A DNA stretch of 58,787 bases, the filler included. It is 4 parts of 4 records of this genome, joined end to end, with 100 filler letters (N's around TTAATTAATTAA, not from the genome) between each part and the next. Parts side by side here need not be neighbours in the genome. Positions count along the whole stretch, not along the records: positions 12,399 to 32,443 come from DRR723986_4062; positions 32,544 to 47,512 come from DRR723986_4065; 2 more parts are not named here. The stretch is one strand, 5' to 3'. A model generated the notes under the pieces. That model had not been told where the DNA came from. It made no database searches and saw only the letters and a program-made list of their open reading frames with translations. The position numbers and the translations under genes are program-made. Below are positions 31,127 through 43,221 of the stretch, piece by piece (within the stretch, counting starts at the first letter, position 1; every line of letters begins with the position of its first letter).

Positions 31127-31831
31127 ATGTTCACAGTTACGATCATGGGAATGGTGGCAGTCGCAAGCATGGCGCTTGTGAGCAATGTCGTCGCGACCGG
31201 GATGGAAGATGACCTTGACGAGGATCCCGCAGAGGCCGGCGGCTTCTCCTTCGACCTCGACAGCGGACCGGTCGGGGACGGCATGTTCTACACCGGGTCA
31301 GAACCGGGACAAACCGTCGGCGAAGGGGACCTGCTGCACGCCGCCCACGCCATCGCGCAGGAATGGGAAGCCGACCCCTACCTCGGCGCCGAGGGGTTCG
31401 GGATGCAGGCCTACGGCAACGACGAGCCGGAGCTACACTCCTGGGATGCAATGACCGCAGAGGTCTACAGCAAGGGGTCCGACAGCTACGCCGAGATGCT
31501 GACCGGCGTGGACCGCAACGAGGTTCTGGATGATCCGGCCGGGATCTCGGCGGCGCAGGACCTGCTGGAGCTTCTGCACGCCGGTAAGGAGGTGGCGCAG
31601 GACGCCGTGGAGGTGATCGCCGACTACGACACCGAAGAGGACGTCATCCTCTACGTGACCGAAGACGGAACGCTGGACACGCTGTCGGTGCACTACGTGG
31701 ATCCGTCGAACCCCTACACCGACGTGCACATCTTGGACCGCGGGCTGCACGTCATGACCGTGGTCGCCGCCGGCCTGAATTTCGGCCTGAGAAACATCAT
31801 CCCGCTGCAAGAGGAACAAGCGGCCGCCTGA
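31127..31831 (+). CDS. Hypothetical acidic protein with N-terminal hydrophobic anchor
   Basis: GGAGAG RBS, GC-biased codons, 234 aa D/E-rich. Confidence 0.7.
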   Translation: MFTVTIMGMVAVASMALVSNVVATGMEDDLDEDPAEAGGFSFDLDSGPVGDGMFYTGSEPGQTVGEGDLLHAAHAIAQEWEADPYLGAEGFGMQAYGNDEPELHSWDAMTAEVYSKGSDSYAEMLTGVDRNEVLDDPAGISAAQDLLELLHAGKEVAQDAVEVIADYDTEEDVILYVTEDGTLDTLSVHYVDPSNPYTDVHILDRGLHVMTVVAAGLNFGLRNIIPLQEEQAAA

Positions 31832-31935
31832 CCCCCCTTCGACCCCCTATTGAACCGACTAAATTTTCAAGAATACCTTTCCGTTCAGGCGCCCTCGTGG
31901 CGCCCGAACTGTTTCTGGACCGACGTTTTCCGCGC

Positions 31936-32443
31936 TTACAGCACGTAGCGGCTTAGATCGGTGGATCGGGTCAGCGCCCCCAGATGCTGTTCGACGAAGG
32001 CCGCGTCGACCGAAACGGCCAGCCCGCCCTTGTCCGGCGCCTCGAAGCTGAGTTCCTCGAACACCCGCTCCATCACCGTATACAGCCGCCGCGCGCCGAT
32101 GTTCTCGACAGAGCCGTTGACCTCTGCCGCGATCCGCGCCAGCGCGGCGATGCCGTCATCGGTGAAGGTCACCGTCACCTCTTCGGTCTTCATCAGCGCG
32201 GTGTATTGACGGGTCAGGGCGTTGTCGGTCTCCGTCAGGATGCGGACGAAATCCGCCTCTGTCAGATCGCGCAGCGTGACGCGGATCGGCAGGCGGCCCT
32301 GAAGCTCGGGCAAAAGGTCCGAAGGCTTGGCGATGTGGAAGGCGCCCGAGGCGATGAAGAGGATGTGGTCCGTCTTCACCGTGCCGTGCTTGGTCGAGAC
32401 GGTCGTGCCCTCGATCAGCGGCAGCAGGTCGCGCTGCACGCCC
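31936..32443 (-). CDS. hslU: ATP-dependent protease ATPase subunit HslU, C-terminal fragment
   Basis: [43 protein letters not shown]. Confidence 0.97.
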
Positions 32444-32543
32444 NNNNNNNNNNNNNNNNNNNNNNNNNNNNNNNNNNNNNNNNNNNNTTAATTAATTAAN
32501 NNNNNNNNNNNNNNNNNNNNNNNNNNNNNNNNNNNNNNNNNNN
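32444..32543. other. Artificial contig linker
   Basis: N-TTAATTAATTAA-N, 100 nt. Confidence 0.98.
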
Positions 32544-32591
32544 GAAAGGCCCTTCGAAGGGCCTTTCGAAAGCCGCTTCGAAGCGGCTTTC
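32544..32591. repeat. Two abutting 24-bp perfect palindromes GAAAGnnnCTTCGAAGnnnCTTTC
   Basis: GAAAGGCCCTTCGAAGGGCCTTTC (32544-32567) and GAAAGCCGCTTCGAAGCGGCTTTC (32568-32591) at the contig edge. Confidence 0.9.
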
Positions 32592-32595
32592 TCCC

Positions 32596-34290
<1,695 letters not shown>

Positions 34291-36201
34291 TCAGGTCTTG
34301 CGTGTCATCCCGGCGGCGCGGTTCAGCGCCGTCACCTCGACGGGCAAACGCCGCCGCCAGTTCGGGTGTTCCTCTATGGTGCCGGGCAGGTTCTGCGCCT
34401 CGAGACAGCCGAAGGCATCGTCGAGCTGCACCGCCACCAGAGCCGCGCCGGAGCGTGCCAGCCGCCCGTGCAGGCGGTCGACGATCTGGTCGGGCCGGGC
34501 GTCGGACGGCAGGTGGCACATGGCGCGCAGCACGTGGCGCTGGCGGGCGCGGGTGTCGTGGCGGGCCTGCGCCTCGGGGTCCGAGATCCAGCCCATCCGC
34601 CGCCACCACGCGATGTCCTGCCCGTACCAGAAGCCCGTGATCGTCGGCGTGTCATGCGTCCCGAAGCAGGCCAGCGAGAAGTCGCGCAGCGTGTCCACGG
34701 GGCGCAGGGTGCCATCGTCGAAGGTCTCGTACTGCCAGACCGCGTAGCTGTAGAGGCCCGCCTCGTTCAGCGTCTCGCGAAAGCCCTCGGGCACCAGTCC
34801 CAGATCCTCGCCCACCACGACGCAGCCCGCCCGCCGCGCCTCTATGGCGATCACGGCGAGGAAGGCGTCGAGCGGCTGGCTGACGTAGCCTCCGGGGCTG
34901 CCGTCGTCGGGCTGCCAGAAGCTGCGGGTCAGGCCAAGCACGTGGTCGATGCGCAGGATGCCCGCGTGCCGCATCAGCTTGCGGAGCATGGCGCGCAGCG
35001 GCGCATAGCGCGCGGTCTTCAGGCGGGCGGGGGCATGGGCGGCAAGGTCCCAGCTTTGCCCCTCGGGGTTCAGCATGTCGGGCGGCGCGCCGATGGTCAC
35101 GCCCTTGGCGATGGTCTCGCCGTTCATCCAGACCTCGGCCCCGCCCGGGCGCGAGCCCACGGCAAGGTCGAGGTAGAGGCCATAGTCCATCCCCGCCGCC
35201 TTCGCCGCCCCCTGCGCGGCGTCGAGCTGCGTCTCGGCGCGCCATTGCAGCCACTGGTGAAACGTCGTGTCGCCCGCCGCCTGTGTCGCTTCGGCCCCGG
35301 GGTTCCGCAACGCCTCGGGCCACTGGCGGAAGTCGTCGCCGTGCTGCACGCTGAGCGCCTCGAAGGTGGCGAAATCGACCAGCGCCCTGTCGGCCCCGGC
35401 CCGGTAGCGGTCGAACCCCGCATCCCCGCCCGAGGCCTGAAAGGCGCGGAACTCGTCCGTCAGGGCGGCCCGGTGGCGCGTGCGGAAGGCGGCGTAGTCG
35501 ATCAGCGGTGCCTCGGGCGTCGGCCCCAGCCCCGCCGCGACTGCGATGTGGTCGGTGCTGAAGAAGCCGCGATGCGTTGGCGAATAGGGGCTGGTGATCT
35601 TTCCCGCCGCCCAGCCCAGCGCGTGCACCGGGTTCAGGCCAAGGAACTGCGCCCCGGTCCGCGCCAGCGCCGTCACCGCGCGGCCAAGATCGCGGTAGCT
35701 GCCAAGGCCGCCGTTGTCCCCGGACCGCATCCCGTAGAGCGCGCCGCAATAGCCCCAGCCGGGGCCATCGGCCACTTCGGTGGTCAACGGCGCATTGGCG
35801 GGCCGGCAGAGGATGAAGCATTCTGCCCCGCCCGCGTGCAGGGTGTAATACCCCATCTCGAGGCCGGGCAGGTCGATGGTGGCCTCGGCGCGGCCTCGCG
35901 CCACCTCTGCCCCCGCCTCGTCCGTCAGGCTGAACTCGGCAGGCGCGGCCAGCGGCACCGACAGGGGCACGCCGGCGCGCGCCACCACCTCGGCGGGCAA
36001 GGTCGCGACGGCCCGGGCCTGCGCCTCTTTCAGGGCGGCCACCACGGCGGCGTCGGTCCCGGCCTCGACGCCCATCGCGCCCAGAAGCGCGCGCAGGGTC
36101 GGCGGGCTGGCATCCTTGCGCCGGCCCTGCAGGTCGTAGAACCCGGCGTGAACCCCGTATTCCTGCGCAAGGGCGCGCAGCGCCGCGTCGCCGCCGGTCA
36201 T
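34291..36201 (-). CDS. malQ: 4-alpha-glucanotransferase (amylomaltase, GH77)
   Basis: Start MTGGDAAL; SPYSP, LYLDLAVG, GAPPD, RIDHVLGL, GEDLG, THD, QNLPGT..HPNWRR. Confidence 0.93.
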   Translation of the reverse strand: MTGGDAALRALAQEYGVHAGFYDLQGRRKDASPPTLRALLGAMGVEAGTDAAVVAALKEAQARAVATLPAEVVARAGVPLSVPLAAPAEFSLTDEAGAEVARGRAEATIDLPGLEMGYYTLHAGGAECFILCRPANAPLTTEVADGPGWGYCGALYGMRSGDNGGLGSYRDLGRAVTALARTGAQFLGLNPVHALGWAAGKITSPYSPTHRGFFSTDHIAVAAGLGPTPEAPLIDYAAFRTRHRAALTDEFRAFQASGGDAGFDRYRAGADRALVDFATFEALSVQHGDDFRQWPEALRNPGAEATQAAGDTTFHQWLQWRAETQLDAAQGAAKAAGMDYGLYLDLAVGSRPGGAEVWMNGETIAKGVTIGAPPDMLNPEGQSWDLAAHAPARLKTARYAPLRAMLRKLMRHAGILRIDHVLGLTRSFWQPDDGSPGGYVSQPLDAFLAVIAIEARRAGCVVVGEDLGLVPEGFRETLNEAGLYSYAVWQYETFDDGTLRPVDTLRDFSLACFGTHDTPTITGFWYGQDIAWWRRMGWISDPEAQARHDTRARQRHVLRAMCHLPSDARPDQIVDRLHGRLARSGAALVAVQLDDAFGCLEAQNLPGTIEEHPNWRRRLPVEVTALNRAAGMTRKT

Positions 36202-38303
36202 GGCGCCTCTCCGGCGCAGACGAAGACGCTGAGCGAATGCGGCGGCACCTCGACCTGCGTGCCCTCGACGGTAACGGCGGATTGCGCGTCGCGGGCCGTG
36301 TCGATCGCGTGCTGCCAGAAACCGCGCGCGGGCTTCGGCAGGGTCAGCACCACCGCCTCGGGCGTGTTGTTGAAGGCAAGGAAGGCCTCGTCCGTCGAGG
36401 CATTGCCGGTCGCGCTTTCGCCGGTGCCGCGCAGGTGCAGGCAGATGCGGCCCAGCGCCGGGTCCGACCAGTCGGCGGGCTGGTGGTCGAAGTCGAGCCA
36501 TTCGACATCGCGCAGCCCGTCGCTGGTGCGCTCTGCCCCATGGAGGAAGGTCGTCTGCCGCAGCACCGGATGCGCCCGGCGCAGGGCGGCGCAGGCGGCG
36601 GTGAAGGCGATCAGCCCCTCGTCCATCCGCTCCCAGTCGATCCAGGTGGTCGGGTTGTCCTGACAATAGGCGTTGTTGTTGCCGTCCTGAGAGTTGCCGC
36701 CCTCATCCCCGCACAGGATCATCGGCGTGCCCTGCGAGACGAAGACCGTCGCCAGAAGGTTGCGCACCCGCTGCCGCCGCGCCGCAAGGATCGCGGGGTC
36801 GGCGGTGCGCCCCTCCACGCCGAAATTCTCGGTGTAATTGGCGTGGTGGCCGTCGCGGTTGCCCTCGCCATTGGCGTGGTTGTGGCGATCCTCGTAGGCG
36901 GCGCAATCGGCCAGCGTGAAACCGTCGTGCGAGGCGGCGTAGTTGACCGAGGACCACGCCCGCCGCCCGCGCTTGTCGAACAGCTCTGCCGTGCCCAGAA
37001 GCGCCGAGCCCAGATCCTGCGCCGCGTGGCGGTCGCGCCGCCAGAAGCGGCGCAGGGTGTCGCGGTACTTGTCGTTCCACTCGGCGAACTCGGGCGGGAA
37101 CTGGCCAAGCTGGTAGCCGCCGGGACCGATGTCCCACGGCTCTGCGATCAGCTTCACCCCCGCCAGCACCGGGTCCTGCCTCAGCGCGTCCAGAAAGCTG
37201 CCGGAGCGGTCGAAACCATGCGCCTCGCGCGCGACGGTGGTGGCAAGGTCGAAGCGGAAACCGTCGACGCCCATGGCCTGCACCCAGAACCGCAGGCTGT
37301 CCATCACCAGCCGCAGCACCTGCGGGTGCGAGACGTTCAGCGTGTTCCCCGTCCCGGTGTCGTTGACGTAATAGCGCGGCTCTCCGGCGGCGAGGCGGTA
37401 GTAGCTGGCGTTGTCCAGCCCCCGGAAGGACAGCGTCGGGCCAAGGTGATCGCCCTCGGCGGAGTGGTTGTAGACCACGTCCAGCAGCACCTCGATCCCC
37501 GCCGCGTGGAAGCGATCGACCATGCGGCGAAAGCCAGCCACGCCCTCGGGGCCGAAATAGCGCGGTTCGGGCGCGAAGAAGCCCACGGTGTTGTAGCCCC
37601 AGTAGTTCACGAGGCTGCGCGACAGAAGCGCGTCCTCGGACTTCAGCGCGTGGACGGGCAGCAGTTCCACCGCCGTCACGCCCAGCCGGGTCAGATGGTC
37701 CAGCATCGCGTCCGAGGCCATGCCGTCATAGGTGCCGCGCGCCTCCTTGGGCACGTCGGGATGGCGCATGGTGGCGCCCTTGACGTGGGCCTCGTAGATC
37801 AGCGTCTCGGACCAGTCGCGGCCCAGCCGGGTGGCATCGAGGGGAAAGGTCTCGGGGTCCGAGATCACGGATTTCGGCACATAGGGCGCGCTGTCCTGCC
37901 CGTCGTAGGACATATCGGCCCCGGCATTGCCGACCTTGTAGCCGTAGATCGCCCGGTTGCGAGTGAAGGCCCCCGCCATCTCGCGCGTGTAGGGGTCCAG
38001 CAGCAGCTTGTTCGGGTTGAAGCGATGCCCCCGGTCGGGCGCGTATGGCCCGTCCACGCGGTAGCCATAATGCGTCCCCGGCGCCAGCCCCGGCACATAG
38101 CCGTGCCACGTGTCGCCCGTGCGTTCGGGCAGGGGAATGCGGGCGGTTTCGGTCTCGCCGTCCGGGGTGAAGAGGCACAGGTCGACCCGCGTGCCATGGG
38201 CCGAGAAGACGGCGAAATTCGTGCCCTCTCCGTCGAAATGCGCGCCCATGCGGTGGGGCGTGCCGGGCCGGACCTCTGGGTTGACGCGGGTCTGCACGGT
38301 CAT
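36198..38303 (-). CDS. glgX: Glycogen debranching enzyme
   Basis: KLLLDPY, NYWGYNT, DVVYNH, DGFRFDL, IAEPWD, HDGFTL, NNNAYCQD. Confidence 0.96.
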   Translation of the reverse strand: MTVQTRVNPEVRPGTPHRMGAHFDGEGTNFAVFSAHGTRVDLCLFTPDGETETARIPLPERTGDTWHGYVPGLAPGTHYGYRVDGPYAPDRGHRFNPNKLLLDPYTREMAGAFTRNRAIYGYKVGNAGADMSYDGQDSAPYVPKSVISDPETFPLDATRLGRDWSETLIYEAHVKGATMRHPDVPKEARGTYDGMASDAMLDHLTRLGVTAVELLPVHALKSEDALLSRSLVNYWGYNTVGFFAPEPRYFGPEGVAGFRRMVDRFHAAGIEVLLDVVYNHSAEGDHLGPTLSFRGLDNASYYRLAAGEPRYYVNDTGTGNTLNVSHPQVLRLVMDSLRFWVQAMGVDGFRFDLATTVAREAHGFDRSGSFLDALRQDPVLAGVKLIAEPWDIGPGGYQLGQFPPEFAEWNDKYRDTLRRFWRRDRHAAQDLGSALLGTAELFDKRGRRAWSSVNYAASHDGFTLADCAAYEDRHNHANGEGNRDGHHANYTENFGVEGRTADPAILAARRQRVRNLLATVFVSQGTPMILCGDEGGNSQDGNNNAYCQDNPTTWIDWERMDEGLIAFTAACAALRRAHPVLRQTTFLHGAERTSDGLRDVEWLDFDHQPADWSDPALGRICLHLRGTGESATGNASTDEAFLAFNNTPEAVVLTLPKPARGFWQHAIDTARDAQSAVTVEGTQVEVPPHSLSVFVCAGEAP

Positions 38304-39733
38304 GCCTGAAGCGTCGCGTAAAGGTCGGCATAGGCGCGGGCCGAGGTCTCCCACCCGACGGGCTGGCGCATCGCCGCGCGCTGCATCCCCTGCCAGAGTT
38401 TGCGGTCGGCATAGGCTGCGCAAGTGCGGCTGATCCCGGCCTCGATCCCCTGCCGGGTGACGGTGTCGAGCACGAAGCCCGTGGCCACCCCCACCGCCAG
38501 AGCGGCGGCATTGGCGTCGATCACCGTATCGGCAAGGCCCCCGGTGCGCGCGACCACCGGCAGTGTGCCGTAGCGCAGCCCGTAAAGCTGGGTCAGGCCG
38601 CAGGGTTCGAAGCGCGAGGGGATCAGGATGGCATCCGACCCGCCCTGCAGAAGGTGCGAGAAGGCCTCGTCATAGCCGATCTGCACCCCGACCCGGCCCG
38701 GGAACTGCTGGGCGGCACGGCTATAGGCCTCTTCCAGCGCGGGCTCGCCCGAGCCCAGCAGCGCCAGTTGCGCGCCCTCGGCCACCAGATGCGGGATCGC
38801 CTCGGCCAGCGTGTCGAGGCCCTTTTGTCCGGTCAGGCGGCTGATGACGCAAAAGAGCGGCCCCTCGCCCGGCTCCAGTCCCAGACGCGCTGCGATCTCG
38901 GCCCGGTTCTCGGCCTTGCGGGCCAGCGTCCGCGCGTCGAAGGTCCGCGCCAGCGCCGCGTCCGCAGAGGGGTCCCATGCACCGGTGTCGATGCCGTTCA
39001 GGATGCCCGAGAGGTCGGCGGCGCGGGCCTGCAACACGCCCTCCAGCCCCATGCCGAACTCGGGCGTCAGGATCTCGCGCGCGTAGGTGGGGCTGACGGT
39101 GGTCACCGCATCGGCATAGACCAGCCCCGCCTTGAGGAAGGACAGGTCGCCGTAATATTCGAGCCCGTCGGCGTGGAACCAGTCGCCACGCAGCCCAAGC
39201 TCGCCCAGCACATGCGGGCCAAAGCGGCCCTGAAAGGCGATGTTGTGGATGGTCAGCACCGATTTGGGCACGGCGCGGCCCGCCTGCTTCAGGTAGACCG
39301 GCGCAAGCCCCGCCTGCCAGTCGTGGGCGTGCAGCACGTCCGGCTTCCACCCTGCCAGCCCGTCGAAGCAGATGCGCGCCGCCGCCTGCGCCAGCGCGCC
39401 GAAGCGCAGGTGGTTGTCGGCCCAGTCGCGCCCGTCGGGGCCGGTGTAGGGCTTGCCCGCGCGGTCATAGAGCTGCGGCGCATCCAGAAGCAGCAGCACC
39501 AGCCCCTGCGCCCGAACCTGCACCAGCCGCCCCGGCCCGCCCGGCAGGTCGTCGAAGCGCGCCACCTCTTCGCCCTGCGGCAGCAGCGGAAACAACCCCG
39601 GATAGGCGGGCAGCATCACCCGCGCGTCCAGCCCCAGGGGCGCAAGCGCCCCGGGCAGGGCGCCCACCACGTCCGCAAGGCCCCCCGTCTTGACGAAGGG
39701 CGCGCATTCCGAGGTGACCATCAGGACGTTCAT
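38300..39733 (-). CDS. glgA: Glycogen synthase
   Basis: KTGGLADV, HAHDWQ, TIHNIAFQG, PSRFEPCGLTQL. Confidence 0.97.
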   Translation of the reverse strand: MNVLMVTSECAPFVKTGGLADVVGALPGALAPLGLDARVMLPAYPGLFPLLPQGEEVARFDDLPGGPGRLVQVRAQGLVLLLLDAPQLYDRAGKPYTGPDGRDWADNHLRFGALAQAAARICFDGLAGWKPDVLHAHDWQAGLAPVYLKQAGRAVPKSVLTIHNIAFQGRFGPHVLGELGLRGDWFHADGLEYYGDLSFLKAGLVYADAVTTVSPTYAREILTPEFGMGLEGVLQARAADLSGILNGIDTGAWDPSADAALARTFDARTLARKAENRAEIAARLGLEPGEGPLFCVISRLTGQKGLDTLAEAIPHLVAEGAQLALLGSGEPALEEAYSRAAQQFPGRVGVQIGYDEAFSHLLQGGSDAILIPSRFEPCGLTQLYGLRYGTLPVVARTGGLADTVIDANAAALAVGVATGFVLDTVTRQGIEAGISRTCAAYADRKLWQGMQRAAMRQPVGWETSARAYADLYATLQA

Positions 39734-39739
39734 GCGGCT

Positions 39740-40996
39740 TTATCCCAGCTTGTCGATCATGCTTTGCGTGATGAGGCATATGCCGTTTTCGGTCCGGCGG
39801 AAACGCTTTGCGTCGAGCCTTGGGTCCTCGCCCACGATCAGGCCCGACGGGATCTTCACGCCCCGGTCGATGATCGCATTCTTGATGTAGGCACGCCGCC
39901 CGACCTCGGCATAGGGCAGGGCCACGACGCCTTCGAGTTGCGAGTAGGAATGCGTCTTCACACCCGTGAACAGCAGGCAGCGGTACAGCGACGAGCCCGA
40001 GACGATGCACCCGCCCGAAACCATCGACGACACCGCCTGCCCGCGCCGGCCTTCCTCGTTGTGGATGAACTTCGCCGGGGCCGTCAGTTCCGAATAGGTC
40101 CAGATCGGCCAGTCGGTCGCGTAGATGTCCAGCTTGGGCTCGAAGTCGGTCAGGTCGATGTTGGCCTTCCAGTAGGCGTCGATGGTGCCCACGTCGCGCC
40201 AGTAGGGTTCCTTCTCCAGCCCCGTCATCACGCAGGACCGCCCGAAGGGATGCGCATAGGCGCCGCCCTCGGCCACGATGGCCGGAATGATGTTCTTGCC
40301 GAAATCATGCTCGGACTCCGGGTCCTCTGCATCCGCTTCGAGCAGGCCATACAAGTATTCCGCCTCGAAGACGTAAATCCCCATGCTGGCCAAGGACCGC
40401 GTGTCGTCGCCGGGCATGGTCGGCGGATCGGCGGGCTTTTCGACGAATTCGAGGATCTTGTCGCTTTCATCCACGCCCATGACGCCAAAGCCCGAGGCCT
40501 CTTCCTTCGGCACCTCGATGCAGCCCACCGTGACCTTGGCCCCGGTCGAGACGTGCTGCTCGATCATCAGCGAATAGTCCTGCTTGTAGATGTGGTCGCC
40601 CGCAAGGATCAGGATGTATTTCGGCCCGTAGCCCCGGATGATCGACAGGTTCTGCGTCACCGCGTCCGCCGTGCCCTTGTACCAGTTGGTCTCGTCGATC
40701 ATCTGGCTGGCGGGCAGGATATCCAGCCCCTCGTTGCGCTCGGCCCGGAAGAAGGACCAGCCGCGCTGCAGGTGGCGGATCAGGCTGTGCGCCTTGTACT
40801 GGGTCGCCACGCCAATCCGGCGGATGCCCGAGTTCACCGCGTTCGACAGGGCAAAGTCGATGATCCGCGTCTTGCCGCCGAAATAGACGGCGGGCTTTGC
40901 CCGGACATCGGTCATCTCCTTCAGGCGGCTGCCACGCCCGCCCGCCAGCACATAGGCCATGGTCTGCTGCGCCAGACTGAATCTGTCTTGTTGCAT
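39740..40996 (-). CDS. glgC: Glucose-1-phosphate adenylyltransferase
   Basis: [36 protein letters not shown]. Confidence 0.97.
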   Translation of the reverse strand: MQQDRFSLAQQTMAYVLAGGRGSRLKEMTDVRAKPAVYFGGKTRIIDFALSNAVNSGIRRIGVATQYKAHSLIRHLQRGWSFFRAERNEGLDILPASQMIDETNWYKGTADAVTQNLSIIRGYGPKYILILAGDHIYKQDYSLMIEQHVSTGAKVTVGCIEVPKEEASGFGVMGVDESDKILEFVEKPADPPTMPGDDTRSLASMGIYVFEAEYLYGLLEADAEDPESEHDFGKNIIPAIVAEGGAYAHPFGRSCVMTGLEKEPYWRDVGTIDAYWKANIDLTDFEPKLDIYATDWPIWTYSELTAPAKFIHNEEGRRGQAVSSMVSGGCIVSGSSLYRCLLFTGVKTHSYSQLEGVVALPYAEVGRRAYIKNAIIDRGVKIPSGLIVGEDPRLDAKRFRRTENGICLITQSMIDKLG

Positions 40997-41025
40997 TCTA
41001 TCCTCCCCTTATCCCTGATCCGCCC

Positions 41026-43221
41026 TCACCCCTGCGACAGTTCGAAAAAGACTGTGGCAAGCGGGGGAACGGTAATCTCCATCGACTGGTCGCAGCCATG
41101 CGCGGGCACCGGATCGGAAGCCCGTCCGCCGCCGTTGCCCTGATTGCTGCCGCCATAACCCTCGGCGTCGGTGTTCAGTTTCTCGACCCAGTAGCCCGCG
41201 CGCGGCACGCCGACCCTGTAGTCCGTCCGTGTCACCGGCGTGAAATTCGCGACCACCAGCACGGGGGCGCTGCCCTCGGCACCCTCGCGCAGCCAGACGA
41301 AGATGGACTCGCTCGCGTTGCCGCCGTCGATCCAGCGGAAGCCCTCGGGCTTGCTGTCCTTCTCGTAAAGCGCGGGCGTCGTCCGGTAGAGCGCGTTCAG
41401 ATCGCGCACGAGGCTCTGCATCCCCTTATGGCTGCCGTAGTCCAGCAGATGCCAGTCGAGGCTGCTTTCGTGGTTCCACTCGCCGGGCTGGGCGAACTCT
41501 CCGCCCATGAACAGCAGCTTCTTGCCCGGGTGCCCCCACATGAAGCCGTAATAGGCGCGCAGATTGGCGAAGCGCTGCCAGTCGTCTCCCGGCATCCGCC
41601 CCAGAAGAGAGCCCTTGCCGTGCACGACCTCGTCATGGCTCAGCGGCAGGACGAAGTTCTCGGAGAAGGCGTAGTGCAGCCCGAAGGTCATCTTGTCGTG
41701 GTGGTATTTGCGGTTGATCGGGTCCTCGGCCATGTAGCGCAGGGTGTCGTTCATCCAGCCCATGTTCCACTTGAAGCCGAAGCCCAGCCCGTCGTGCGAG
41801 GTGGGCGCCGACACGCCCGGAAAGGCGGTGCTTTCCTCGGCGATGGTCATGATGTCGGGACAGGCCGCGTAGACCTGTTCGTTCATCTGCCGCAGGAAGC
41901 CGATGGCTTCGAGGTTCTCGCGCCCGCCGTATTCGTTGGGCACCCACTCGCCCTCTTTCCGCGAGTAGTCGCGGTAGAGCATAGAGGCCACGGCATCCAC
42001 CCGCAGCCCGTCGATGTGGTATTCCTCGGCCCAGAACTTGGCGTTGGAAATCAGGAAGTTGCGCACCTCGGTCCGGCCGTAGTTGTAGACCAGCGTGTTC
42101 CAGTCCGGGTGGAAGCCCTCTTTCGGGTCGGCGTGTTCATACAGCGCGGTGCCGTCGAACCGCGCCAGCCCGTGAGCGTCGGAGGGGAAGTGCCCCGGCA
42201 CCCAGTCGATGATCAGCCCCAGTCCCGCCTGGTGCGTGGCATCGACCAGCGCGCGGAAATCGTCGGGCGTGCCGAACCGCGAGGTCGGCGCGAACAGTCC
42301 CACCGGCTGATAGCCCCAGGAGCCGCCGAAGGGATATTCCGAGATCGGCGTCAGCTCGATATGGGTAAAACCCATGTCGGCGGCGTAGCCCACCAGTTGC
42401 TCGGCGTGCTCGCGGTAGGACAGCGGGCGGTTGCCGTCCTCGGGCACCCGCCGCCAGCTTTCGAGATGGACCTCGTAGACAGAGATCGGATGGTCGATGC
42501 GATGCGCCGCGCCGCGCGATGCCATCCACTCGGCGTCGCTCCAGCCGTAGCCGTCCAGATCGCGCACGACAGAGGCCGTCGCGGGCGGCAGTTCCGAGCC
42601 GAAGCCCACCGGGTCGGCCTTCAGCGGCATGACCTCTCCCGAGGCGCTCAGCAGTTCGTACTTGTAGACCGTGCCCTCGCCCAGATCGGGGAGGAAGATC
42701 TCGTGTACGCCGGTGTGCCCGCGCCGCCGCATGACATGCCGCCGCCCGTCCCAACCGTTGAAGTCCCCCACGACCGACACCCGCCGCGCGTTCGGCGCCC
42801 AGACGGCGAAGTGCACGCCGCCGACGCCCTCGTGGGTCCGCACATGGGCGCCCAGCGCGTCCCAGAGGCTGCCATGCGTGCCCTCGCCCAGCAGGTATTC
42901 GTCGATCTCGCCCAGCACCGGGCCAAAGGCGTAGGGGTCGCGCTCTTCCCATGTGTCGGCGCCCCGGGTGAAGCGCAGCCGGTAGGCGAACCGGCTCTTT
43001 CGGCGCGGGATCGGGCCCGCGAAGAGGCCCTCGGACACCGGTTCCAGCGTGGCGACCCTCTTGCCCTTGGCGTCCAGCACCTGCGCCGTCTCGGCACCGG
43101 GGCGGAAGACGCGGGCGACGAGGCTACCATCGGGCAGGCCATGCAACCCCAGAACCGAGAAGGGGTCGCCGTGGCGGCCCGAAGTGATCTCGTCGGCGGT
43201 TCCGGGGTCGATGAGTGTCAT
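41026..43221 (-). CDS. glgB: 1,4-alpha-glucan branching enzyme
   Basis: Start [51 protein letters not shown]. Confidence 0.97.
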   Translation of the reverse strand: MTLIDPGTADEITSGRHGDPFSVLGLHGLPDGSLVARVFRPGAETAQVLDAKGKRVATLEPVSEGLFAGPIPRRKSRFAYRLRFTRGADTWEERDPYAFGPVLGEIDEYLLGEGTHGSLWDALGAHVRTHEGVGGVHFAVWAPNARRVSVVGDFNGWDGRRHVMRRRGHTGVHEIFLPDLGEGTVYKYELLSASGEVMPLKADPVGFGSELPPATASVVRDLDGYGWSDAEWMASRGAAHRIDHPISVYEVHLESWRRVPEDGNRPLSYREHAEQLVGYAADMGFTHIELTPISEYPFGGSWGYQPVGLFAPTSRFGTPDDFRALVDATHQAGLGLIIDWVPGHFPSDAHGLARFDGTALYEHADPKEGFHPDWNTLVYNYGRTEVRNFLISNAKFWAEEYHIDGLRVDAVASMLYRDYSRKEGEWVPNEYGGRENLEAIGFLRQMNEQVYAACPDIMTIAEESTAFPGVSAPTSHDGLGFGFKWNMGWMNDTLRYMAEDPINRKYHHDKMTFGLHYAFSENFVLPLSHDEVVHGKGSLLGRMPGDDWQRFANLRAYYGFMWGHPGKKLLFMGGEFAQPGEWNHESSLDWHLLDYGSHKGMQSLVRDLNALYRTTPALYEKDSKPEGFRWIDGGNASESIFVWLREGAEGSAPVLVVANFTPVTRTDYRVGVPRAGYWVEKLNTDAEGYGGSNQGNGGGRASDPVPAHGCDQSMEITVPPLATVFFELSQG

